This document shows positions 1 through 13,172 of a stretch of 64,000 nt of DNA, in pieces; within the stretch, counting starts at the first letter, position 1, and every line of letters begins with the position of its first letter. Both the position numbers and the translations under genes were made by a program. The stretch lies in the NCBI RefSeq assembly GCF_009914755.1, contig NC_060926.1; one strand, 5' to 3'. Source of the DNA: the human T2T-CHM13v2.0 reference genome, Homo sapiens. A model generated the notes under the pieces. The model saw only the letters and a program-made list of their open reading frames with translations. It was not told where the DNA came from and made no database searches.

Positions 1-470
1 GACATCTTACAACACATTACAACTGCCTTCAGAATTGTAAAGCTATACCTGATGTATTACAGCTATTTAGGACCTTGGCCATAGGGAGCTGCTAGAGGAA
101 CTCAAGAGAAAAGCAGCCAGTTGCCTAATGGTGACTACAACTGGATGCGGGGAGTGTGAGTTGACCTGCTTGCTTTCTTCCTCTAATGAGCTACGCAGAA
201 ACAGAAAGCTCAGGACTCATTTTTGGAAATATAAAATGTTTCCTCCTAACTTTTATAAATGCCTTTGGTTTGCACCGTGGCTGTATAATAGAGCAGACAA
301 TAAGGCAGAAAGGCAAGATATATTCTGTCATAATTAATAAGCATGTTTAACTTTTAAACAAAACAAATGAGCCCATCAAATTTCTGTATTTATTTGACCA
401 TGAGATATATCCCAGGGTGTGAATAACTTGATCATAAAAAGTCATGATATGCTGTTTTTTGGAAAGATCA

Positions 471-1440
<970 letters not shown>

Positions 1441-2200
1441 AAAATCCCTGACTTGCCCTCTTCCTAGAAAGAGCTATTATGGTTATAAATTTTAATTAAG
1501 ATTTGACTCATTCCCTAGGATCCTTTATATATTGCCTCACATCAGTTCTTTCTTCAAATGTCTCTTAATTCACTTTCCCTTTTCCACAGCTGCGGCCTCC
1601 ATACCAGTCTAAATCATCAACACAAAACATCTAGCACACTGTAGGAGTCCCCTGCCCCAAGCAAGGTTTCCTACCTTCCTTCCACTCCAATTCTCTCTAC
1701 ACCATCTTCCTCTGCTTCCACAGTCAGAAATCCACAACAGTAGATAAATGCCTAAGTCATCAGAAGCTTTCCACATCCTCCTGAACTCAAATCAATATAT
1801 CTTTTCAATCATGTTTCCCAGTGTTCACTATTGTCAAATATCAGTGCCAGCAAACTGGTTGATGTACAGAGCTCATTTATCCATAAAATGTTTACTGGGC
1901 ACCTACTGCACACCAGCCACTGAACTAGACATGGAAATATAGCAGTGAATAACACAGATTTAGTCACTGGCCTCATAAATCATGCTCAGTGTCTTTTAAT
2001 TTGTTCATACCATCTGTCCTGTTAAGAATGTCTTCCTCCCTTCTCATTCAAGAAGGCCTAATTTAAATCCTTCCAAATCCCTGCTCCAAACATCTTCACT
2101 ATATAAAATCTTCCATCTCTACCAGATCTATAATAATCACTATCTTCACTGGGTTTCTAGAGTTGTATCTGAAATCTACTTATATGGCCAGTTATTTTTA

Positions 2201-2407
<207 letters not shown>

Positions 2408-3043
2408 TCATAAGCTCCCTATGAGCAAAAGCCACATTTATGCCTGTCCTGTACCCCTTCACAGTCCCTAGCATAGTGCTCTTGCTCTTAACTGTCTATT
2501 TAACTAAACGAAATATTCCCCTCCCCAAAAAAGTACTTGCTTTGTCTCTCTTAACATCCCTCAACTCCCTCAGAGACAAAAACTGTCCTTTACTGTATCC
2601 CAGAAAAAGATATACATGAACTCATGAGCTCATTGTCTTAGATCACAAAACAAGAAAGAAAAATAATACAGAATTAGTGTTTTGATTTTCTAAAGAAAAT
2701 ACAAGCAACTTTATCTTCTTCCGTTTCATTACCTCTCATGCTCTTTCACCTCTGATATCTTGCTTGTATTAATGTTAGGTTTATCATCCTGTTTGGCTGA
2801 TGCATCATCTTCTTCCATACAACTTTTTCATGTTATATTTTTACTTTTAATTACTAACGTATAAAACTTTTAGGGAAATAATCATCATGAAATTTTCCCA
2901 GTGTTTCCTATAATCTTCCACAATGCAAAGGTATTTTCCTTTCTATATGTTAAGATCAGAAGTCTCAACCTTTTTAAAAGTATGCCATGAGTCTAACTAT
3001 AATTCTTTCTTACAAAGATGCCAAAGGTTAAAACATATAGGCT

Positions 3044-3411
3044 TGCTATGAAATCAATATGTCCCCCAAAATCCATATGTTGAAAAACTAATCCCCAGAG
3101 TGATGATGTTTGGAAATGAGACCTTTAGAAAGCAATTAGGTCATGAGAGTGGAGGCCCCATGATAGGATTGGTGTCCTCATAAGAGGAGGCAGTAGAGAG
3201 CCTTCTTTCTCTCTCTCTGCTGTCTGCCATATAAGGACACAGCAAGAAAGAAATCCATCTGCAAACCAGGAGAGTGCCCTCACCAGGAACGAAATTGGCT
3301 AACACCTTGATTTTGCACTTCCCAGCCTCTAGAACTAAGAGAAATAAATTTCTGCTGTTGAAACCACATAGTCTGATATTTTTGTTGCAGCGGCTAAAAC
3401 TAATTGAGACA
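3044..3411 (+). mobile_element. MaLR solo LTR (MLT1A-like)
   Basis: TG...CA ends; tgtcccccaaaatccatatgttgaaa; accttgattttgcacttcccagcctctagaact; aataaatttctg. Confidence 0.8.
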
Positions 3412-3508
3412 AGACTATATTAACCTTAACTATGGGAGGCAGGTAACAGGAAGTATCCAGTTTTGAGATTTAAGTTTTAAAAAGGCATATTTCGCAGTTT
3501 TCATATAT

Positions 3509-4362
3509 GTTACCTATTTATTGCCTCTCAGCTCCAAATTTCCCCTCAAAGCCAGCTCTGTGGTAGCATATCTCATTTGTGGTTGACACGATTTTAAGCT
3601 CTGGGTGCTGGAGGGCCACTGCAAAGGAAGAGGCTCTGCTTTCTAGTCCTGATGTGCTTTGGTTCTTTTCTTCTTGCTCCTATGGCTTGGCCACCAACAA
3701 GGCACCTGGGCAACATCAAGTGGCACTTACTTCCCCGCTTCCTCCCTCTGTTGACAACCTCCCACTGAGTTTCAGTGACACTCTCATGGGCAGATTGTTT
3801 TCTAGTGAATCACCCAGGCACCTGAGAGGGAAGCTTCCCAGACTGGAAGCTACAGTAAGGCTGCCTATAGGAGTAGACAGTTTTTTCTTGCCAGTCTTGG
3901 CCATGATTCCTTAATTATCTACCAGCCTGGAGCCACATGCATGCTGGTAGGGGTTTCCTGCTTCCTAGTCCCTGGGGTCTTCTAACCCCCAACCTCAGCT
4001 CACTGGCCCCCCCCAGAAGCAGGCGTCCAGCTTTCCTATCCATCCCATATCTCCCTGACTGCCAACCTTGGCAACCGTGGACCAGCCCTGGCTCAAGGCA
4101 ACCCAGAGAACTTCTCTTCCATCCTACATGCTGCAACCACTCCTGGTCCAATGGGTCTGAATCCCAGCCTAGGGGAGGGGCCTCCCTTCCAAGTTCATTC
4201 CCTTCATGGATATGTCCCTTCAGCCCTAGGGTAGTCCTTAGCGTTCTCTTCACATCCTTTATAGTTCATCTCTGGTTACTAGAAAATAATTCTCCATATT
4301 GTAAATTTCCCTGTTTAAATTACTGTGTGATTTCTGGCATCTGACTAGCTCTTGACTCATGC
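3509..4362 (+). mobile_element. ERVL LTR (LTR33-like)
   Basis: Start tttattgcctctcagctccaaatt and end ttccctgtttaaattactgtgtgatttct resemble the recalled LTR33 consensus. Explains the GC-rich ORFs at 3579-4344. Confidence 0.6.
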
Positions 4363-4648
4363 AGGTAAAGAGAAGTGATTGTGGTACAGGAAAGAAAACG
4401 TTAGGCCGAGACCAAGTAGTTAGCTGGTTTATCTGTGAATATTTGTTCACATGTATTCAGCATCAAAGTCCAGTTGCAGGGGCAATAAAATCTAACAAAA
4501 AGACCATTTTTCCAGCTGAGAAAATTGTACTTCATTGGCTGTATTATAGAAAAGTCAGCAATGTAAAGTACTCTAAAATGAAGCCCTATAAACAAAAGAT
4601 ATTACATGAATATACATTTTACCACATTACCAAAATATTTAAACATAC

Positions 4649-4774
4649 CAAATAATTCTGAATTGAAGCAACGTTGACCGCTGACTTCCTCCACTGCCTC
4701 TGATATACAAGGTCAGTATCCAGGCCGTAGGTATGAGCCAAGGACAAGGCTTCCTCATACTCTTCACTTTCAAT
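4649..4774 (-). CDS. NBAS: NBAS coding exon (probably exon 16), 126 nt, IESEEYEEALSLAHTYGLDTDLVYQRQWRKSAVNVASIQNYL
   Basis: Acceptor ctgaag|ATT, donor TTG|gtatgt, phase 0-0. Continues the frame of the previous exon. Confidence 0.95.
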
Positions 4775-5493
4775 CTTCAGATAAAAACACGAGGACAGGA
4801 ATGTTACATGACTGAATTATCCACAGGGTCCTGATGATGATACAATGAATGATGATAATCCCTTGGACTTATCCAGCATGTCACTAATTCCTGTGCACTG
4901 TGGCACCAGAAGCTCACAGATATTTTGAGGAGCAGAAAGATCTCGTGTTTCTTTCAGCACTTCAACAGAAAGATGAGAGACAAAAGGTGCAAAGCTCTCG
5001 TTTTAGAGTAAAACAGCAGCAAAACCAAGACAACCATGGAACAACCCGGCTTCTAGTCCAGAGCTCCTACCACGACATTGCAAGAACAGCACAAATCATG
5101 TGAACACACAGTGCTGGTCACCTCGGCTTCCCAAGCAAGCCCTGGACTAGAAAGCAAGTCTGAACTTCTTCCTTCACCCTCTGTAGATGGCTGATTTAAA
5201 CACAGATAAAGGGAGAGCTGAAGGCCACATGAAGGGTAGCAAAGAAATGAGCTAAGCCACCAAGTGGATAATCAGTCTAAGTGAATTCAATTTTTACCCA
5301 TGGTTTTGATTTTGATTATTTAGGTACAAAGATTAGCATTATTTTAAAAAGCTTTATAGAACTGATATTTTTAACATGTCAATGATCCAACATCCCTCTT
5401 GAAATTTTCTCCTTTATTAAAAAATTAACTTTTTCTCAATAAAAGAAAAGCTTGATGACTTCAAACTTGGGTAGTAATATGCTACTCTCTCAC

Positions 5494-5751
5494 CTTCCTC
5501 TGATAAAGTTCCTCTGGTGTCGTGGAGCGCAAACTCACAAGGCGGTAGTTTTTAGTAATGGTTCGTGGGCGTTTCCGTGGTGGTGCAAATCGCTCCATTT
5601 CAGTCACCAAGTAAAGGCCCTGTTTTATATAACCAAAGTAGCGAGCCTTGGCAGATATTTCATAATCAGAATCAGAATCCTCTTCTCCTTCATCTTCTTC
5701 TCCAGCCCTAGTCTCCAAACGAGATCGTTTGGGGGCAAGTTTAATCTCACA
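5494..5751 (-). CDS. NBAS: NBAS coding exon (probably exon 15), 258 nt, CEIKLAPKRSRLETRAGEEDEGEEDSDSDYE...TPEELYQRK
   Basis: Acceptor atttag|TGT, donor AAG|gtgaga, phase 0-0. ORF 5482..5718 carries this peptide. Confidence 0.97.
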
Positions 5752-5859
5752 CTAAATTGAAAAAGGAGATTTGAAGTTAATAGTAAGGAAATAAGAATAA
5801 CTTTTTAGAATTAATGAAAGAAAATATATTTCTAAATCTACTCTGGTTTGATTCATTAA

Positions 5860-6290
<431 letters not shown>

Positions 6291-7116
6291 TAAAGCCTGT
6301 TTTAATAACAGGTCATTAATACGGTCTTGTACATATAATTATCAGGTCTTGTACCTGATAATTTGATGGTTTGTTTTTGTCTCTTTAGAGAATGAACATA
6401 AAGGTACTTACATTTGTTTTACCAAGAATAGCTCTCCCTCACCCCCTTATAAAGATGTCTAACAGCTTTGCTAAGTTCTGAGTCTGAAAGTCTGGCTGTT
6501 AAAGATAACTTTCATTCCAGACTTAACAGAGCTGGCTTAGATTTTAAGCCATAGTTTTCTTTAAGGAACATCTTTAGATTCCATAACAAACTTCAGAGTA
6601 AAAAATATGTCAATCTGCATTGCTGAAGTGAAAGCTATTAAAGGTTGTTACCCTTGAAAGGCTTAAAATAAAATTTTTAAATGACCAAAAGATAACTTTA
6701 CAGAACTAGCCTCTATTTTCAAGTCTTTTGTCATAATAAACAAGTTTCCTTACTAAAAGAATCAAAAACTTTGTAAGTTGCCATGCTTTTTGGAAATGGG
6801 TTAAAGAGTATTTTTCTTAGGTACTGATACCATTCTACATTTTTAAATGACTAATCGAGGGAGGAAAAAAATATATCATTTCAGTGAAAAAGAAATACTT
6901 TATACAGAGCAAAATGACAACAAATTTTCTTCATTATAATTGCAAATTTTTTTATTCACTAAAAAATGGATTTTTTATACTACAACCATTACCTGATTCC
7001 AATCACAGACTTTTATTTTTAAAGAAAAGATAATAAGACAACTCAAATAAAAACCAGATATTTAAATTTTTGGTTAAATACATAACTATTCTCAAACAAA
7101 CAGGAAAAAGCCTTAC

Positions 7117-7310
7117 CTCCAAACTTAAAAATCCCCCATCATGGGTAGCAGTGACTTGAGGTGATGGTTCAAACCATTCACAGGATTTTCCCAGTAAATT
7201 CTTCAAAGTTTTCACGGATGAAACAGTTAAAGCACCAGAGCATCGAGCTAAAGTCACTGCACTGTCTGCCCACCAATTGACATCTATCAGTGGGTAAAAG
7301 GACTCTTTAT
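7117..7310 (-). CDS. NBAS: NBAS coding exon (probably exon 14), 194 nt, (D)KESFYPLIDVNWWADSAVTLARCSG...HDGGFLSLE
   Basis: Acceptor tcttag|AT, donor GAG|gtaagg, phase 1-0. Overlaps ORF 7003..7257. Confidence 0.96.
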
Positions 7311-7870
7311 CTAAGAAGGGAAAAACAAATCAATATAAATGCATCTGCTAATGTGGTTTAAATTCAAAATATTTAGTATAATAATCAATTTTAAAACAAA
7401 ATTTATCTACATTATTTGGGCCCTAATGGTATGTTAAATAATAAGAAAAAATAAAATGTAAGTCATTCTCAAAATTTTACTCTATGAGGTATAAAATGTT
7501 AATTCCCTTGACAAATTGAGTGCCAACAATTTGTCAGTCTAGGTCTAAAATTCTAAGGATACAAAGGCAAATAAACTGAGGTCTTTCATTTCAAGAATAC
7601 ACTCAGGAGAGAGATGTGTCACTACTTTCAACCTAAGTTGAAAGGCAGGTGTCTACCAGGTGTGCATACATGAAGGTCATATAATGTTTTGAAAAATGTA
7701 CACATACCACTTTCAGACAAACACTGAGAGAAATACACCCTTTAGAAAAATATAAGACAGATACGTAATAGTTTCCAGTGCTGATTTCCTCTTAAACTTG
7801 TAACTAATCAGAGAGGGAAAAAAAAAATTTATGGCTAGCAAAGAATCTTTAGAAATGAAAATGAATTATG

Positions 7871-8163
7871 GGCCGGGCACAGTGGTTCACGCCTGTAATC
7901 CCAGCACTTTGGGAGGCTGAGGTGGGCAGACCACAAGGTCAGGAGTTCGAGACCAGCCTGGCCAATATGGTGAAACCCCATCTCTATTAAAAATACAAAA
8001 ATCAGCCAGGCATGGTGGTGCGTGCCTGTAGTTCCAACTACTGGGGAGACTGGAGAATCACTTGAACCCGGGAGATGGAGGTCGCGGTGAGCCTAGATGG
8101 TGCCACTACACTCCAGCCTGGGCGACAGAGCGAGACTCTGTCCAAAAAACAAGAAGAAAAAAA
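7871..8163 (+). mobile_element. AluS (Sg/Sc-like)
   Basis: Full dimer; TSD gaaaatgaattatg. Confidence 0.93.
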
Positions 8164-8698
8164 GAAAATGAATTATGGTTCACCAAACTAAGGCATTCAA
8201 AAGGCAATGCCATATTTATTATAATTTTACTGTACATTTTTTGAATATCACCTGTTATACAAAACATATGATGTGGTTTAAAGGTAAAAGTAAACCATAA
8301 ATTTAACAACATATTTAAACATCAGACTAAGAAGAGAGAGATTTTAAATATGGAGTTCAGAACCATGAGACTAACTCATTGTTTTAATGAAAATAAAAAG
8401 CATTAACAACACTTTTTCCCCATGTAAGCCTAAGGCAATCCATGTAAATAAGAAATTTCAAGAAAATGTGAAAAGCAGAGTTCCTGGGGCTTATCACTAA
8501 GTGTAAAGTAGAAAGAAAGAGGAGCAAATCACTAAAATCAAATTCTAATTTCTGCTTTGACAAAGTAGTACTTTTCCTCAAAAATACGTCTGGATGAATA
8601 TTTTGGATGATTATTTAAAGCGAATAATTCAAAGCATGGAACCTGATGCATAATATTAATCAATATTTTTAATCTTCTTTAAATGTGAACTAAAAACA

Positions 8699-8980
8699 TT
8701 TTTTTTTTTGAGACGAACTCTCACTCTGTCGCCCAGGCTGGAGTGCAGTCCCGCGATCTCGGCTCACTGCAACCTCTGCCTCCCAGGCTAAAGTGATTCT
8801 CCTGCCTCAGCCTCCCGAGTATCTGGGATTACAGGTGTGCACCACCACGCCTGGCTAATTTTTTATTTCCAGTAGAGACAGGGTTTCACCATGTTGGCCA
8901 GGCTGGTCTTGAACTCCCGACCTCGGGTGATCCACCTGCCTTGGCCTCCCAAAATGCAGGCAAGAGCCACCGCGCCCGGC
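8699..8980 (-). mobile_element. AluS
   Basis: Poly(T) followed by reverse-complement Alu dimer. Confidence 0.92.
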
Positions 8981-9685
8981 ATAAAAGCATATTGTAATAA
9001 CAGAGCCTGAACCTTATAACTATCACTGATTTTACTGAAGACACTTAAAAATTCATGACGGATTTAACTTAGAAAGTTTCACCTAAAGAAAAATAACACA
9101 GTCAAAAACTAAAAGTGAAAAAATCTCAAAAGTAACCCCTACAGGATTTTAAAATATCTCTGTTTCAATCTAGCAATCAAATGACAATTATTACTTTTAT
9201 TTAAATGTAAATCTTGATTTTTTTCTACTTATAAAAGCAATATATGCTCATTGTAAAAAAGAAATTTTTTCTTTAAAACGTGGAAATGTATGCAAAGACA
9301 AAGAAAGCCCCACCAGCCTAACCCTAATTACCCCCAACCCGCGAGATAACTTTACTCAGTGTTTCTTCTTTGATGAAGCTTGATCTCACCCAAGGGCATC
9401 TGAAAAGGAGCACGCTTCTAAGCATTGAACTCAGTGTACCATCTCAATGCTGGCTCCTGGCAGGAGAGCCATGCTGCATACATACCCTAGGCTCTGACCT
9501 AGCTTTTAGGAAAGCCTGACCATCAGAAAACTGGATCTGTTGCCTTGACCCAACTCTATGAAATCTTGATGTTTCTTCCAAAGTGCAGCAAAAGTATCTA
9601 GAGACTTTTTATATCATCCAAAGAGAATCTTGTATAATAATAGGAGTATATTAAGGTTTCAATTATCACATTTCATAGAACTCAC

Positions 9686-9749
9686 CTTTGATTTTTTTTC
9701 TCTTCTCAGTAGAGAGCCTCCAATCAGGATTAAGGTCATCATAGCCTGG
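9686..9749 (-). CDS. NBAS: NBAS coding exon (probably exon 13), 64 nt, PGYDDLNPDWRLSTEKRKKIK(D)
   Basis: Acceptor atttag|CCA, donor AAG|gtgagt, phase 0-1. Confidence 0.95.
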
Positions 9750-11518
9750 CTAAATATGAAAATAATGACTTCCTGAGTGAACTATGTAAGAAAATTATAA
9801 GAAAATCATCAAGAACTGTGGACTTTTTCAAATAAAGAGATGACGCTTTCCCTTGATCTCTCAATTACAACTAATTGAAATCTATTTATTGCCATGATAG
9901 TCTGGAAAAGCAATTGTTCTTACACTTAAAATGTGCACATGTACATATTATGACTTGATTTATGAAGAATACAGCATGCATATGAACAACAGGATAGCAA
10001 GTATACAATCAATACATATGAAAGCAAAATACACTAAGAATTCATCCTATACACATGCACACATGTGATGAATAAACACTGGCCTGGATACAGATCTTAT
10101 CCCAGCCACTTATAAACTGAGCAACCCCTCCAGGCTTTAATTTTCAAAGCTTTGAGACTTGACTAGGCAACCTCCATGTTACCTCCTAGTCCTTTTTATG
10201 ACTAAGAATTTACCAGGTAAAAAAAATATAACCATGCAGTCCTTCCTAAAAATGAATCCATTCATACTGTAATCTTAGGGCAATATGGTGTCATGCTCTT
10301 CTTTGAGAATATAACAGCACATTGATATCTCTCAAATATCAATTTGAGAATAAGCCATTACCTGACGACCTCTTGGCTTAGTGTTCCCTTCTTAGTCTCT
10401 GGAATTACAATAGTATGGGCAAAGAGTAAAAAAATAGTTGGGGTGCTCATTTGAAATCTGAAATCTAAAAAAAGCGTTGCTATACTTAAGTCAAAAAACT
10501 GTGCTTTTTCATCTAATGCAACAAAATACACACATGTTTACTATCAATTTTTCAATGGCTCACACTTCAGAGCTATTTCTTTCCACAGCCTGGAAGAACT
10601 TCCTATTCTCCACTATTATGGTAAATCACTCAGAGCAGACCCTGAGAACAGAAGACACGGTCTTAAACTTAATCAGAAAAAAAATTACCATAAAAGCCTA
10701 CTTATATACCAAGGGGAAGAAATGGAGTGTCCTGGTTTACTTAATCATAAGAAACGATGACTAAGTTTCGAAAAATCATTTAAAAAAATAAGATACATAT
10801 TATTGAAAACAGTCAACTAAACTGAAACTTTATTTGGTCATTTTAAAGCACCTGACAATTTTTCAATGCCTCCAAATCATGAGTACTACATACTCCAACC
10901 ACATGCATGCCACCATGTATTTACGTGGCACATGTACCTTCCTACTTACATTTTGGAGTACACAAGGGAAATACAGAGTAAAAAACCTTAAGCCCCTCAA
11001 AGAACAACAATTATGATTCAGCCTTGGATACATTTAAGGACATACAGATCAAAATGAAATTTGACAAGAAATCTTAAGGAAATTTTAAAAATAAATAACT
11101 CTCACTTGAGAATTCAAAGTGTGCATGTCTTTGTCAAAACTAATGATAAGAAGGAGCACCACGAATAAGCACTAGAACCGGGGTCTGCAGTCACCTTGGG
11201 ACTAGACTCTTCCCTGCACACTGCTTAAATAATGGGCAGCTCCTGTCAATTTGACATTAAACACAAGGTGAAGATGTGTTCTTCTGTTTCCAGAACTCTG
11301 TCATACTCATCCCTGTATTCCCAGATCCATCACAGTGCCCACCTGTCATAGCAGCTAAATGTCGAATAAGTAAATCAATCAACCAAATTTTAAGTCACTG
11401 AATTCTAATTACAATTCAATTCTAACATCTAAGCTATAGGAAAATTATCTGATATAGTACTAGGCTTCCTACACACTCCCAAAAGTGTGATTTCTTCTAT
11501 TTAGTGAAAACATATTGG

Positions 11519-11849
11519 GGCCAGGCATGGTGGCTCACGCCTGTAATCCCAGAACTTTGGAAGGCCAAGGCAGGAGAGCTGCTTGAGGCTAGCAGTTTGA
11601 GACTAGCTGGGTGATATAGCAAGACCTCATCTCCCCAAAAAATAAAAATAATTAGCCAGGCACAGTGGCACACTTCTGTAGCCTCAGCTACTCAAGAGGC
11701 TGAGGTAGGAGGATCAACTGAGCTCAGGAGTTCAAGGTTGCAGTAAGCTATGATCACACCACCACACTCCAGCCTGGGCAACAAAGCAACACTCTATCTC
11801 TAAAAAAATGAAAATAAATAAATGCTGAGACAAAAGGAAAAAAAAAAAA
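11519..11849 (+). mobile_element. AluJ
   Basis: Diverged dimer with J-type ggaggatc..gagctcaggagttcaaggttgcagt right arm. Confidence 0.88.
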
Positions 11850-12269
11850 CCGATATTGCAGTCCCAAAACTCAAGCACACAGAGAGCTAATAAATTAATA
11901 TAAATTAATATAATCCAAGATCACATTTGTTACCTACACAAAGAGAGGTATAGATAAAAGGTATAGGGGCCTTCGAAGGATGGACAGAGGATTTTGGGCA
12001 TGGGTTTAAGAAAGATGAAGGAAATTCAAGGGGTACAAAGAAGTTTTATGGTGGTATTCTTTTAAGACTGGATAAGACTTGGATGTGGAAAATGAATAAA
12101 GGAAAACATTCCAGTCTGAAAGCATAATGTGAACAAAAATACAGAGTCAGGAAAATACAAAGTTTATTCAGGGAAAAAAAGGAGAACAGTTTAATAAGTC
12201 CAGGTCAGCAGGTTTTAATTATCTTGATTTTTGTTTGTTTGGGGTTTTTAGGGGGGATGTTAATGATAT

Positions 12270-12772
12270 CCTTTTTTATTGAGGTGATCTTAGCATAATG
12301 TAAAATTAACCATTTTTAAATGAACAATTCAGGGGCACTTAGTGCATTTACCATGTTGTGTGACCATCACATCTATCCACTTCCAAAACACTTCTATCAC
12401 TCCAAAGCAAAACCACTAGCCCATTATGCAGTTACTCCCTTTTCCTCTTCCCCTGGACCCCAGGAACCACCAATCTGCTTCCTATCTCTATGGATTTACC
12501 TATTCTGGATATTTCATATAAATGCAACCATAAAATATGTGACCTTTTGTGTCTAGCATCTTTCACTTAGTATAATATTCTCAAAGTCCTTCCACCATTG
12601 TAGCGCATATCAGCACTTCGTTCCTTTTTGTGGATGAGTCATATTCTATTGTATGGATATACCACAGTTTGTTTCTCCATATATCCGTTAATGGACATCT
12701 GCATTGTTTCCACCTTTTAGCTGTTGTAAACACTGCTGCTATGAATATGTAGGTGCATGTATTTGAGTACCT
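12270..12772 (-). mobile_element. Old L1M (L1MB/ME-type) 3' fragment
   Basis: ctattctggatatttcatataaatg; minus-strand ORF 12581..12832 resembles the ORF2 C-terminus. Confidence 0.8.
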
Positions 12773-12972
12773 GAAGTGTGAGCCATTGAAAATTTGATAA
12801 TAAGCATGTATGTGCACTGAAGCTAGCCTCAACTTACCATCCTTCCACCCCAGGGCCTCTATGCGTGAAGAGACTCAGGATCAGACCATGCATCACCACA
12901 TCTGATACACACTGTAAACTGGTGCTCCGTGGACAGGATCACCAAACTCCCCATGACCCACAAGAAAGCTCC

Positions 12973-13172
12973 TGGCACCATGTGAATACATTTCAAGAAG
13001 CAACCTCCATGCCACTTCTCTGTATTTGCTGGAGCTCAGAACACAATACCCCAAAGTATAACAGCATTGCATGGCACCATGTGAATACATTTCAAGAAGC
13101 AACCTCCATGCCACTTCTCTGTATTTGCTGGAGCTCAGAACACAATACCCCAAAGTATAACAGCATTGCATG
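12973..13172. repeat. Perfect 99-bp tandem duplication (2 copies)
   Basis: 12973-13071 is identical to 13072-13170, with TG microhomology at the junction. Confidence 0.97.

Noticed and set aside
3579-4344. Cluster of 62-135 aa ORFs on both strands
   Set aside because: Lies within an LTR33-like element; no recognisable protein.
9371-9403. TGATGA...CTGA resembling C/D snoRNA boxes
   Set aside because: Only about 33 nt long and antisense to the host transcript.
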